From contig OY969763.1 of NCBI GenBank assembly GCA_963702845.1, positions 5,824,001 to 5,888,000 of the forward strand: a DNA stretch of 64,000 nt, in the 5' to 3' direction. The DNA is from an uncultured Verrucomicrobiae bacterium (lineage in GTDB: Bacteria > Verrucomicrobiota > Verrucomicrobiia > Limisphaerales > Palsa-1400). Below are positions 20,652 through 28,956 of this stretch, in pieces; the stretch's first letter is position 1; every line of letters starts with the position of its first letter. Position numbers and translations under genes: made by a program. The notes under the pieces are model-generated. The model did not search any database and was not told the origin of the DNA. It saw nothing but the letters and a program-made list of their open reading frames with translations.

Positions 20652-20785
20652 ACAAAAAAGGCGAGTGCGACTGACTGCGACTGCCACCGCGACTGGGGTG
20701 CGACTGCACTCCAATTTGTCGCGCCTGGTCGCAACCAGTCACGCCCAGTAACACCCAGTCGCACTAACTTTTTTCGGTTTTTTTC
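20652..20785. repeat. Convergent arrays of A-tract plus roughly 10-bp tgcgact repeats
   Basis: aaaaaag then tgcgactgac tgcgactgcc..; opposite strand aaaaaagttag tgcgactggg tgttactggg cgtgactggt tgcgaccagg. Confidence 0.6.
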
Positions 20786-20918
20786 GTATCGCAGACTTCC
20801 GAGTCTGCTGTGTCGTATGGCGAGGCCGACGTTCGGCTTTCCAAACCTGCAGGGCTTCCGTTACACACCTGCCGACTTGGAAGTCGGCGATACGGCAGGT
20901 TTGGAAACCTGCGATACG
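20786..20918. repeat. Composite palindromic repeat
   Basis: Hairpins gcagacttccgagtctgc, gccgacttggaagtcggc and gcaggtttggaaacctgc, bounded by gtatcgcag...ctgcgatac. Confidence 0.7.
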
Positions 20919-21052
20919 GGTTCGGCATCAGCGTCGGGCAGTCCTCGGTTGTTACAGGTGCGGAGGTTGTTGCTATTCCTCCATGCCGTTGTTACACTCC
21001 GCGAGTTGGACGTGGAATTGGCCACGACAGCGAAAAACAACAACGCCCTGCC

Positions 21053-22090
21053 ATGAAAGCTGCCAGTCGAAACGGGATACTTGCCGGGGGGAATTGGATC
21101 ATTGACCAGGTCAAGATGATCGATGCCTATCCGGCGCGCGATCACCTCGCCAATATCCGTAGTCAATCGCAAGGGACCGGCGGGTCGCCTTATAATGTGT
21201 TGGTTGATCTGGCGAACTTGCAGGCGCCGTTTCCGTTGATGGCGGCTGGACTGGTCGGCAATGATGATCTCGGTCGCACGATTTTGCAGGATTGTCGCGA
21301 GCGTAAGATTGATTGGAAGTATTTGCGGGCGACGCCGCTGGCGCCGACGTCTTACACGGATGTGATGACGGAATCGAGCGATGGGCATCGGACGTTTTTT
21401 CATCATCGCGGCGCGAATGCCTTGTGGGATGGGCATGACCTGAATTTCTCGAAGGTTAAAGCAAAGATTTTCCACCTCGGTTATCTGCTCTTATTGGATG
21501 CGTTGGATGCGCCGGATGCGAAGTTCGGCACGCGCGCGGCGCGTTTGTTAAAGATGGCGAGTGACGCCGGTCTGAAGACGAGCGTGGATGTGGTGAGCGA
21601 GGACAGCAATCGGTTCGCCAAAATCGTTTCGCCGGCGCTGAAGCACGTGGATTATTGCATTCTCAATGAGATTGAAGCGGGGAAGACGACGGGGTTCACG
21701 ATTCGCGGCGCGGATGGGAAGTTGAATACGGTTTCGCTGCGGCATGCGGCGGGTGCGCTGTTGCAGCACGGGGTGAAGGATCTGGTGGTGATTCATTTTC
21801 CGGAGGGCGCGTTTGCCCGCACGCGTAAGGGTGAGGATGTTTGGCAAAGTTCGCTCAAGCTGCCTTCCAAACACATCGCTGGAACGGCTGGCGCCGGGGA
21901 TGCGTTTGCGGCTGGTGTGTTGTTGGGATTGCACGAAGGTTGGGCGCTGCAGAAGTCGTTGTTCACCGGTGTGTGTGTGGCGGCGGCGTCGTTGTCGCAC
22001 CCGACGTGTACAGGCGGGGTCAAATCGCTGTCGGCATCGGTGAAGTTGGCGCGGAAATATCCGCCGGGAGCGCCGATCGAGCGGGCTTAA
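21053..22090 (+). CDS. PfkB-family carbohydrate kinase
   Basis: GGSPYN, GLVGNDDLG, ILNEIEA, GTAGAGDAFAAG. Confidence 0.92.
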   Translation: MKAASRNGILAGGNWIIDQVKMIDAYPARDHLANIRSQSQGTGGSPYNVLVDLANLQAPFPLMAAGLVGNDDLGRTILQDCRERKIDWKYLRATPLAPTSYTDVMTESSDGHRTFFHHRGANALWDGHDLNFSKVKAKIFHLGYLLLLDALDAPDAKFGTRAARLLKMASDAGLKTSVDVVSEDSNRFAKIVSPALKHVDYCILNEIEAGKTTGFTIRGADGKLNTVSLRHAAGALLQHGVKDLVVIHFPEGAFARTRKGEDVWQSSLKLPSKHIAGTAGAGDAFAAGVLLGLHEGWALQKSLFTGVCVAAASLSHPTCTGGVKSLSASVKLARKYPPGAPIERA

Positions 22091-22272
22091 TTCGAACCGC
22101 TAACACATCAAGTTGATTGTGAGGGAATACCGAGGGGTGCGGTGTTTAACGCTGAGTAGGTTTCAACAAAATCCCCAAGGCCGATTTCAGGCAAATCCTG
22201 AGCGGATTGGAATTGCACCTGATGCAGAAAAGTAGCTTCATAGTAGGCACCAAGTTGAGCTGGTTTTTTGAT

Positions 22273-22755
22273 ATGAAACCCCTGGTGCTTTACGCAGAAG
22301 ATGATTCGAATGACGCCTTGTTGTGTGAACATGCGTTCGAACTCAGCAATTTACCGATCGACTTGCGGATAGTGGATGACGGGGCGCACCTGATCAGCTG
22401 GCTTCGTGGCGAGGGCGATTATGCCGATCGCGCGAAGTTTCCCCTTCCGAGGCTCGTCATCACTGATTCCAAGATGCCGTTGAAGGGCGGTTTGGATGTG
22501 TTGCGCTGCGTCCGCACGTATCCTGAACTGCACGATATTCCCGTGGTTCTGTATTACGGGTCGATTTTTTTCCAGGATCTAGGTGTTTTCGGCGAACTGG
22601 GCGTTAACGCATGCATCGAGAAAGACTTCCACTGCCGCGAGTTGGTCCAGACAGTTGGCGACCTGCTAGGAATGCGACCAACTCTTTGGCGACCGACGAC
22701 TGCAGAAGGGCTGGGCACGTCTCCGCGGATGAGCGCTGGTGCGGGAACGCGTTGA
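22273..22755 (+). CDS. Single-domain response regulator
   Basis: LYAEDD, LVITDSKMP, GLDVL receiver motifs. Confidence 0.85.
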   Translation: MKPLVLYAEDDSNDALLCEHAFELSNLPIDLRIVDDGAHLISWLRGEGDYADRAKFPLPRLVITDSKMPLKGGLDVLRCVRTYPELHDIPVVLYYGSIFFQDLGVFGELGVNACIEKDFHCRELVQTVGDLLGMRPTLWRPTTAEGLGTSPRMSAGAGTR

Positions 22756-22812
22756 GCGGTTGACGATCACGCTGAGTTTGGGACGACGTGGAAGTCGTCC
22801 TTACCTGCGAAA

Positions 22813-22847
22813 CAAAAAAAGAGCGCGAACCATTTCGGTTCGCGCTC
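22813..22847 (-). terminator. Rho-independent terminator after rplS
   Basis: gagcgcgaacc/ggttcgcgctc stem followed by a T-run on the minus strand. Confidence 0.85.
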
Positions 22848-22890
22848 GTAAAATCAGATGGCGGACGAGGGTGTCCGCGATCGATTGAAA

Positions 22891-23280
22891 TTACTTCGCT
22901 GCAGCTGCGGCAGGGGCGGCCACTCTGGATGTTTCTTTTTCTTTCACCAGAGTTGCACCTTTGCCGATACGATTGCGCAGGTAGGTGAGCTTGGCGCGGC
23001 GGACGGCACCTTTGCGTTCCACATCCACTTTGTCGATGCGGGGCGAGTGAATCGGGAAAATACGTTCGACGCCTTCGCCGTAGCTGATGCGGCGGACGGT
23101 GAAGGTTTCGTTCAAACCATGACCGCGGCGGCCAATGACAATGCCAGCGAAAATCTGGATACGTTCTTTGTCGCCTTCGATAACTTTGGTGTGCACGCGC
23201 ACGGAGTCGCCGACGGCGAATTTGCCCGCGTCTTTCCGATATTGTTCGGATTCAATTTTATCAAGTAATACCTGGTTCAT
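22891..23280 (-). CDS. rplS: 50S ribosomal protein L19
   Basis: [42 protein letters not shown]. Confidence 0.98.
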   Translation of the reverse strand: MNQVLLDKIESEQYRKDAGKFAVGDSVRVHTKVIEGDKERIQIFAGIVIGRRGHGLNETFTVRRISYGEGVERIFPIHSPRIDKVDVERKGAVRRAKLTYLRNRIGKGATLVKEKETSRVAAPAAAAAK

Positions 23281-23292
23281 AAATTTTCTTTC

Positions 23293-23321
23293 GGACGCCG
23301 CAGCGCAGCGTCGCTACCTTA
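23293..23321 (-). repeat. GTAG REP-like palindrome starting at the trmD stop codon
   Basis: Minus strand taaggtagcgacgctgcgctgcggcgtcc. Confidence 0.65.
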
Positions 23322-23984
23322 TTTCAACAAGTCCGGTCGTCTTTCTTTCGTTCTCTGCAGCGACTGTTCACGCCGCCATTTTTCTATCTCCGCATGGTGC
23401 CCGGACAAAAGCACCTCCGGGACTTTCATCCCGCGAAATTCTGCCGGCCGCGTATAGTGCGGGTATTCCAACTGGCCCGCACTGAACGATTCGTCTTGCG
23501 AACTTTGGTCGTCGCCGAGCGCTCCGGGCAAGAGGCGCGTTACCGCGTCAATTACCAGCATCGCCGGCAGCGAACCGTTCGTCAGAACATAGTCGCCGAT
23601 GGACAATTCCTCGTCCACCAACCCTTCGCGCACCCTTTCATCGGTCCCTTCATACGCGCCGCAAATGAATAACAGATGCTGCTCTTGCGCCAAACGTCGC
23701 GCCGCAGCCTGGTCGAACTTTTGTCCGACTGGTGTCATCAGGATCACGCGGGTTTTTTCGCCGCGTAACGCTTCGACCCCTTCAAAAATCGGTTCAGGTT
23801 TGAGGACCATTCCTGGTCCGCCACCGAACGGCCGATCATCGACCGTTTTATAATTGTCATGCGTGTAATCACGCAAGTTGACCACCCTCAGGTCAAGGAT
23901 CCCATTCTTCCGCGCCCGTTTCACAATGCTCACGTCCAGCGCGGAGAATATCTCCGGAAAAGGGGTGAGCACGTCGATTTTCAC
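23319..23984 (-). CDS. trmD: tRNA (guanine37-N1)-methyltransferase
   Basis: [38 protein letters not shown]. Confidence 0.98.
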   Translation of the reverse strand: MKIDVLTPFPEIFSALDVSIVKRARKNGILDLRVVNLRDYTHDNYKTVDDRPFGGGPGMVLKPEPIFEGVEALRGEKTRVILMTPVGQKFDQAAARRLAQEQHLLFICGAYEGTDERVREGLVDEELSIGDYVLTNGSLPAMLVIDAVTRLLPGALGDDQSSQDESFSAGQLEYPHYTRPAEFRGMKVPEVLLSGHHAEIEKWRREQSLQRTKERRPDLLK

Positions 23985-24053
23985 TTTTAACCTTTTTACT
24001 TTTTAACGACGCGAACGTTACAAGGTTAAAAAGTTAAAACGTTACAAACGTGA

Positions 24054-24344
24054 TTACTCTCTCTCAGCATCTCGTTCCCTCTCGCGATCCGGTTTTCCTT
24101 TTCCTCCCGGCCCGTCTTCGACAATTTCCATGGTGCAGCGCAATCCGCGCTTGGCACTGCCCGCCAAAAGTAAGCTGCGAATGGCATTGATGGTGATGCC
24201 CTGACGACCAATCACTTTACCAACGTCATCGGCGTGCATGCGCACTTCGTAGACAGTCAGGCCTTCCTTCGGCACCTCAGTGACGGTGACGGCCTCGGGA
24301 TGGCTGACCAATCCCTTTACGACAAAATCGAGGAAGGCTTGCAT
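24054..24344 (-). CDS. khpA: KH-domain RNA-binding protein
   Basis: DVGKVIGRQGITINAIR; lies between rpsP and trmD. Confidence 0.9.
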   Translation of the reverse strand: MQAFLDFVVKGLVSHPEAVTVTEVPKEGLTVYEVRMHADDVGKVIGRQGITINAIRSLLLAGSAKRGLRCTMEIVEDGPGGKGKPDRERERDAERE

Positions 24345-24440
24345 GTCTTTTAAAAAAATTTCAGGTCGAACTAGCTCGAATTAGGTCCAAATAGCGAATC
24401 GGGCCTAATTTGCTCGGTTTTGGCCGAGTCGCGCGGAACC

Positions 24441-24698
24441 TTAAGCGGTCGCCGCGGCAGCTTTTTTCGCCTTCTTCATGAAGCTGGCGACAGTTTCGCT
24501 GGGTTGAGCACCTTTGCTTACCCAATAATCGGCACGCGCGGTGTCGAGCTTGAAATTGTCGGTCTGCTTACGTGGCTGATACGTGCCGATTTCCTCGATG
24601 AACTTGCCATCACGAGGACTGCGACCGTCCGCCACTACAATGCGATAATACGGCGAATTTTTTGCGCCGACCCGCTTCATTCGAATTCTAACTGGCAT
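24441..24698 (-). CDS. rpsP: 30S ribosomal protein S16
   Basis: [34 protein letters not shown]. Confidence 0.98.
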   Translation of the reverse strand: MPVRIRMKRVGAKNSPYYRIVVADGRSPRDGKFIEEIGTYQPRKQTDNFKLDTARADYWVSKGAQPSETVASFMKKAKKAAAATA

Positions 24699-24780
24699 AA
24701 AATAGTATGTCCTAAAAAAGAGTTGGAGAGCCTAGACCCCGACCCGTGGCTTGGCAAGTCCTGTTTTAACCTGAATTTTC

Positions 24781-24835
24781 GGCGCGCGCGGAGCGGCGCG
24801 CCCTACCAGGAAAAACTACCGACGAGCCCTACCTT
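24781..24835 (-). repeat. GTAG REP-like palindrome plus a remnant
   Basis: Minus strand ggtagggcgcgccgctccgcgcgcgcc and aaggtagggctcgtc. Confidence 0.5.
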
Positions 24836-24842
24836 CGGAAAC

Positions 24843-25835
24843 TTATGGCGTTTTCTTGATCAACGCTGCGTTCGTTACCGCTCCGCCAGTGTGCACGGGC
24901 GTTTTGGAATAAATTGCAGTGAGATAGGCTGCGACGGAATTGATCTGAGCTTCGGTGAGCGGACCACCGTGGTCCTGACCGAAGGCCGGCATGGTCGAGC
25001 CGGTTTTGCCGCCGTCCTTAATCCAGTCACGCCAGTAATCGAAGGTGGTCTGTTTTACTGCGGCGAGGGCTTTCAGGTCAGGCACGCCCGCGGCGCGGTG
25101 AGGTGATTCGTGGCAAATGGCGCAGTCAGCAGCGAACAACTGCAGGCCCATTTTGCCGTCGCCTTTGCGGACGTGACATTCAGCGCAGTCCTGGTTGTCG
25201 ACTTTGTGGAAGACGGCCTGACGATCTTTCATCGCTTGATCGAGGTTCTTCTTCCGTTGCTCGTCAGTCATCGCGACCATCGGGGCTGGCGGGGGGTTGT
25301 TGACTTTGACGGTCAACATTTTCATGCCAACGGATGTGTAAACGGTGATGGTCTTGGTGATGAGGCCGGGAGGTTTGCCGGCTAAAGCGACGGTGACTTT
25401 GATTTCGCCGTTGGTGCCAGGCTTGAGGTGCCAGGGTTGCGAGGGTAATTGGGCGACGGTGCAGCCGCAGCTGGTCTGGCAACGTTCGATGATGACTTCG
25501 TTGGTCCAGACGTTGGTGAGATTGAAGACGTATGGGGCGGAAGCTTCGCCGACTTTGGCGTCGTAAGTCTTGGTCTCGGAATCGAAAACGAGCGTCGGTT
25601 CCTTGGGCAGATTGGTCATCGGAACGGTGACGGAGGAGATTGGAACGCCTGCGTTAACGACAGCAGGGCTTCCCGGACGGAGCGGGCCACTCGGGCTTGG
25701 GATGACGCGCGCGGGACGCACGTTTGGCACCGGCGCAGTTGGAGCTGGCGGCGCGGGCGGCGTTGGTGTTTGAGCCAAAACGGCTGACGCCAGGGAAAGC
25801 GCAGCCATAACCATAATCCGTCGAAAGTTCTGCAT
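24843..25835 (-). CDS. Exported DUF1573 domain fused to cytochrome c (2 CxxCH)
   Basis: Signal peptide, TSCGCT motif, CAECH, CAICH, MPAF axial Met region. Confidence 0.85.
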   Translation of the reverse strand: MQNFRRIMVMAALSLASAVLAQTPTPPAPPAPTAPVPNVRPARVIPSPSGPLRPGSPAVVNAGVPISSVTVPMTNLPKEPTLVFDSETKTYDAKVGEASAPYVFNLTNVWTNEVIIERCQTSCGCTVAQLPSQPWHLKPGTNGEIKVTVALAGKPPGLITKTITVYTSVGMKMLTVKVNNPPPAPMVAMTDEQRKKNLDQAMKDRQAVFHKVDNQDCAECHVRKGDGKMGLQLFAADCAICHESPHRAAGVPDLKALAAVKQTTFDYWRDWIKDGGKTGSTMPAFGQDHGGPLTEAQINSVAAYLTAIYSKTPVHTGGAVTNAALIKKTP

Positions 25836-25989
25836 AAGCGGCCAGAGGTTACACGAACTTTCCCTTAAAGACAATGTGGAAAAAGACCTAGCACCCCTTG
25901 CGTAATTACGAGTGGCTGCCGTCGCTCAATGCTTTGAATGGATTTGTTTGGGATCGAAACATTGTGTCAACTGCACAACGAGTTTAGTG

Positions 25990-26046
25990 AAAAAAAGCCA
26001 GGCCGTAGCTTAGTCCATTAATGAGGACAAGGCCCGGCCTGGCTTT
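25990..26046 (-). terminator. Probable terminator after the PATR-repeat gene
   Basis: aaagccaggccg/cggcctggcttt stem with a T-run on the minus strand. Confidence 0.65.
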
Positions 26047-26065
26047 CAATCTGCTAACGTCTGTT

Positions 26066-28702
26066 TTATTGGGTGATGCGATAGTAACGTTCGGTCGGCA
26101 GCGGGCCGGGGTCGCTATAGGAGCCTGCGCCGTTCGCGTCTGTCGAGACAACGACAAGTGTCTGCCAGTTAATCGGCGTCAGAGTGTCGGTGTATTGCAC
26201 TGTGTAGCTGGTGTTCGGTGCGCCGGTGAATGTGCCGGTGCCAGCGCCGGTGACAGACTGGGACGGCGCTGGGAAAAGCAGGTTCAACAGCAACGACTTG
26301 CCATCTTGACTGGTGCTGAGGACAAATACGCGACCACCGGTCGAGTTGCTGAGGTTGTTTGTGGTGACATTGAATGCGGTGGGGTCAAAACCGGTGATTC
26401 CACCGGTGGTCGTGGCGATAGCCCAAGTTGATCCGCTGTTGAAACTGGCGGCGTTGCCCGGAGCGGTTCCGGAGAGCGATTGGACATCGATGTTGAATTT
26501 ACCGGCTGAAGTCGCGGCAATGGTGAGCGTTCCGTTAATGGCGACGGTGTCCCAACCAGGATCGGAACCGGCAGTGCCGAGCGCATCGTTGATTTGCCAC
26601 GCATAATGCCCAGCGGCGTTCCAGGTTTGATTGCCAGTGTTGATCGTACCGACGTTGATGCCAGGAGCAATCGTTCCGTTCGTGGCGACAGTGACTGCCG
26701 GGGTGGTTCCTGTTCCGTTGAGTGTGCCAGTGCTGTTGATCGAAACGGATGAACTGCTGGAGATGTTGCCAGTTACCGTCAGGGTGCCGGCGTTAATCGG
26801 TGTGGTTCCCGTGTAGGTGCTCGTGGCTGCAACAACCAATGTGCCCGCGCCCGCCTTGGTGAAATTGCGCGCTGACGCGTCCTGGCCGATTGCGCCGTTG
26901 AGCGTCAAAGTTTTGGCTGAAACGGTGATGGTGCGATTTGCTGCACTGAGAGTCACTGGTCCGCCGATGGTCATGTTGTTCGCGTTACCAACATAGGTTG
27001 GGCTGCCACCGCTCAACGTCAATGCATTGGCTACGGTCATGTCTGAACCAGAGGTATTGTCAAAGAAACCATTGCCGCCGATGATGTTCGTTCCAGTGCC
27101 CATAGCAGAGGCGTTGGCGAGATTAAGACGGCCGGCAGTATTGAGAGTCGTATTGCCGGTATAAGTATTAACACCAGAGAGCGTCCACGTGCCCGAACCC
27201 GATTTCACAACATAGGTGCGGTTCTTAAGGTTCGGGATGGTAATGGTTGCACCGGCAGTGATTGCGGCTGTCGTTGCGGCACTGAGAGTTATTTTCAAAG
27301 TGCTGTTTGTCACACCCAGAACAGTGGTTCCTGCAGCGATACCCGTGCCGGAAACCGCTGCACCAACTACAATGCCGTCCACCGATCCGAGGGTGAGCGA
27401 GGTGGCGGTAGTCACTGCTGCCGCGGTCGTCACGGTCGAACCGCTTGTGCCGTTATCAGAGATGATGCCAGCAAATTCACCGGTGCCGGCAGTCGCACCT
27501 TGGAGAGTCAAAGATTTGGTGCCGATACCTGTGGCTGTGGTCGCCGATGTAAACTTAAGCAGTCCGGTGCCGGATTGATCCAAGATCGCACCGCCACTTT
27601 GGCCAGCGAGGTCAACGACGCGGTCGGTCGTTTCACCGGCTCCGGTGTAAAGAAGCGTGCCGGTAAAAGTCGTCGCTCCAAAACTCAGCGTGCCGTTGGC
27701 AGCACTGGACGGTACTCCCAGATTGCTGGTGGGCTGTTGCGCGGGCGTCGAGACGCTGTTGATTGAACTGACGCTGGTAACGCTGGATTGCAAAGTCGTC
27801 TTGCCAGTGTAAGTGTTCGCGCCCGTGAGCTTGAGCACGCCATGTGTCGTCGAACTCTGCCGGCCAAATCCACCGGGGCCACTGATGACGCCCGACAACG
27901 TGACCGTATTGTCCGTCCCGCCACCAACGCCGTAATTCACATTGAAACTATTCAAGGCCACATTGCCGCTGAACGTGGTCGAAAACGGATGGCCCGTAGC
28001 AGAGAAGTTGAGAGCCGCGACGGCAGTATGCGCGTCTATAATATCGTTTGTAATGACAAGGCCGGTCGATTCCGCGATTAATGCCGGGCCACTCACAGTC
28101 GTAAGTGTGATAGGTCCAGTTCCAAACGATGAACCGTTATTGAAATTCACAAGCGAAGCGCTGCTGTTAAGGTTCATGCCGCCCGAATACGTGTTTGTTG
28201 CATCGAAAAAGATTTGTCCGGTGCTTTGCACTTGAATCCCGCTCGCTCCAGTAATCGGGATGTTAACGTGGGTAAATCCCAAACTGCCGTTGAAAGTTGC
28301 AAAGGTTGCAAGCTGGCCGATGGCAGTAGAAATATCAAACGAGCCGGGGCCAGAGAAGGTCACCGTGCATGGGCCGGGGTTTAGCTGTCCGTTATAGATT
28401 CCTCCCATCGGGATGGCAGAGTTTACCGTGATCGCAAATGTTCCCAGGTTGGTGCTGCCGCCTGGACCTGCACAAAAAAGAGCGGCATTAGTGCCATTAA
28501 TGTTCCAGGGGACAAGCGAGGCAGGGTCGACCTGGGTTTGCGTGCCCTCCGGGGTCCAAAGTGGGGTAGTGGTATCCCATGTGCCGCTACCGCCGACGGT
28601 AGTTGTGCCGTTGGGCTCCCATCCCTGGATGGCGGCCTGAGCGGAATTCAATGTGATAGCCGCGAGAGTCGCGGCAACGAATCGAAGGAGTGACGTTTTC
28701 AT
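26066..28702 (-). CDS. Secreted autotransporter-associated beta-strand repeat (PATR) protein
   Basis: Signal peptide; repeated K.G.GTxxLxGxNTYTGxT units; ends RYYRITQ with no autotransporter barrel. Confidence 0.9.
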   Translation of the reverse strand: MKTSLLRFVAATLAAITLNSAQAAIQGWEPNGTTTVGGSGTWDTTTPLWTPEGTQTQVDPASLVPWNINGTNAALFCAGPGGSTNLGTFAITVNSAIPMGGIYNGQLNPGPCTVTFSGPGSFDISTAIGQLATFATFNGSLGFTHVNIPITGASGIQVQSTGQIFFDATNTYSGGMNLNSSASLVNFNNGSSFGTGPITLTTVSGPALIAESTGLVITNDIIDAHTAVAALNFSATGHPFSTTFSGNVALNSFNVNYGVGGGTDNTVTLSGVISGPGGFGRQSSTTHGVLKLTGANTYTGKTTLQSSVTSVSSINSVSTPAQQPTSNLGVPSSAANGTLSFGATTFTGTLLYTGAGETTDRVVDLAGQSGGAILDQSGTGLLKFTSATTATGIGTKSLTLQGATAGTGEFAGIISDNGTSGSTVTTAAAVTTATSLTLGSVDGIVVGAAVSGTGIAAGTTVLGVTNSTLKITLSAATTAAITAGATITIPNLKNRTYVVKSGSGTWTLSGVNTYTGNTTLNTAGRLNLANASAMGTGTNIIGGNGFFDNTSGSDMTVANALTLSGGSPTYVGNANNMTIGGPVTLSAANRTITVSAKTLTLNGAIGQDASARNFTKAGAGTLVVAATSTYTGTTPINAGTLTVTGNISSSSSVSINSTGTLNGTGTTPAVTVATNGTIAPGINVGTINTGNQTWNAAGHYAWQINDALGTAGSDPGWDTVAINGTLTIAATSAGKFNIDVQSLSGTAPGNAASFNSGSTWAIATTTGGITGFDPTAFNVTTNNLSNSTGGRVFVLSTSQDGKSLLLNLLFPAPSQSVTGAGTGTFTGAPNTSYTVQYTDTLTPINWQTLVVVSTDANGAGSYSDPGPLPTERYYRITQ

Positions 28703-28883
28703 AGCTTTATTTGGGGTGGCGTGATTTGCATTTAGTTGACAGGCTGGATGTTAGGAGAGAACTCGAAGAAACGGATTGCTGACCCGGCCTGAATTCTTTC
28801 ATAAGTTTGATTGAGCCGTTTAAAGCGACAAAATCAGTTTCAGATTACATTTGATGCTCCCGTGGCACAAGTTTTGATCGCGT

Positions 28884-28928
28884 AATTCCGTATAGGTTTA
28901 TTGACAAGAATTCCGTATGTGAGAGAAT
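28884..28928 (+). promoter_or_regulatory. Putative promoter flanked by a direct repeat
   Basis: TTGACA at 28901; aattccgtat at 28884 and 28909. Confidence 0.4.
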
Positions 28929-28956
28929 CGCGCGACCTCGAATTACTGGCCCTGCT

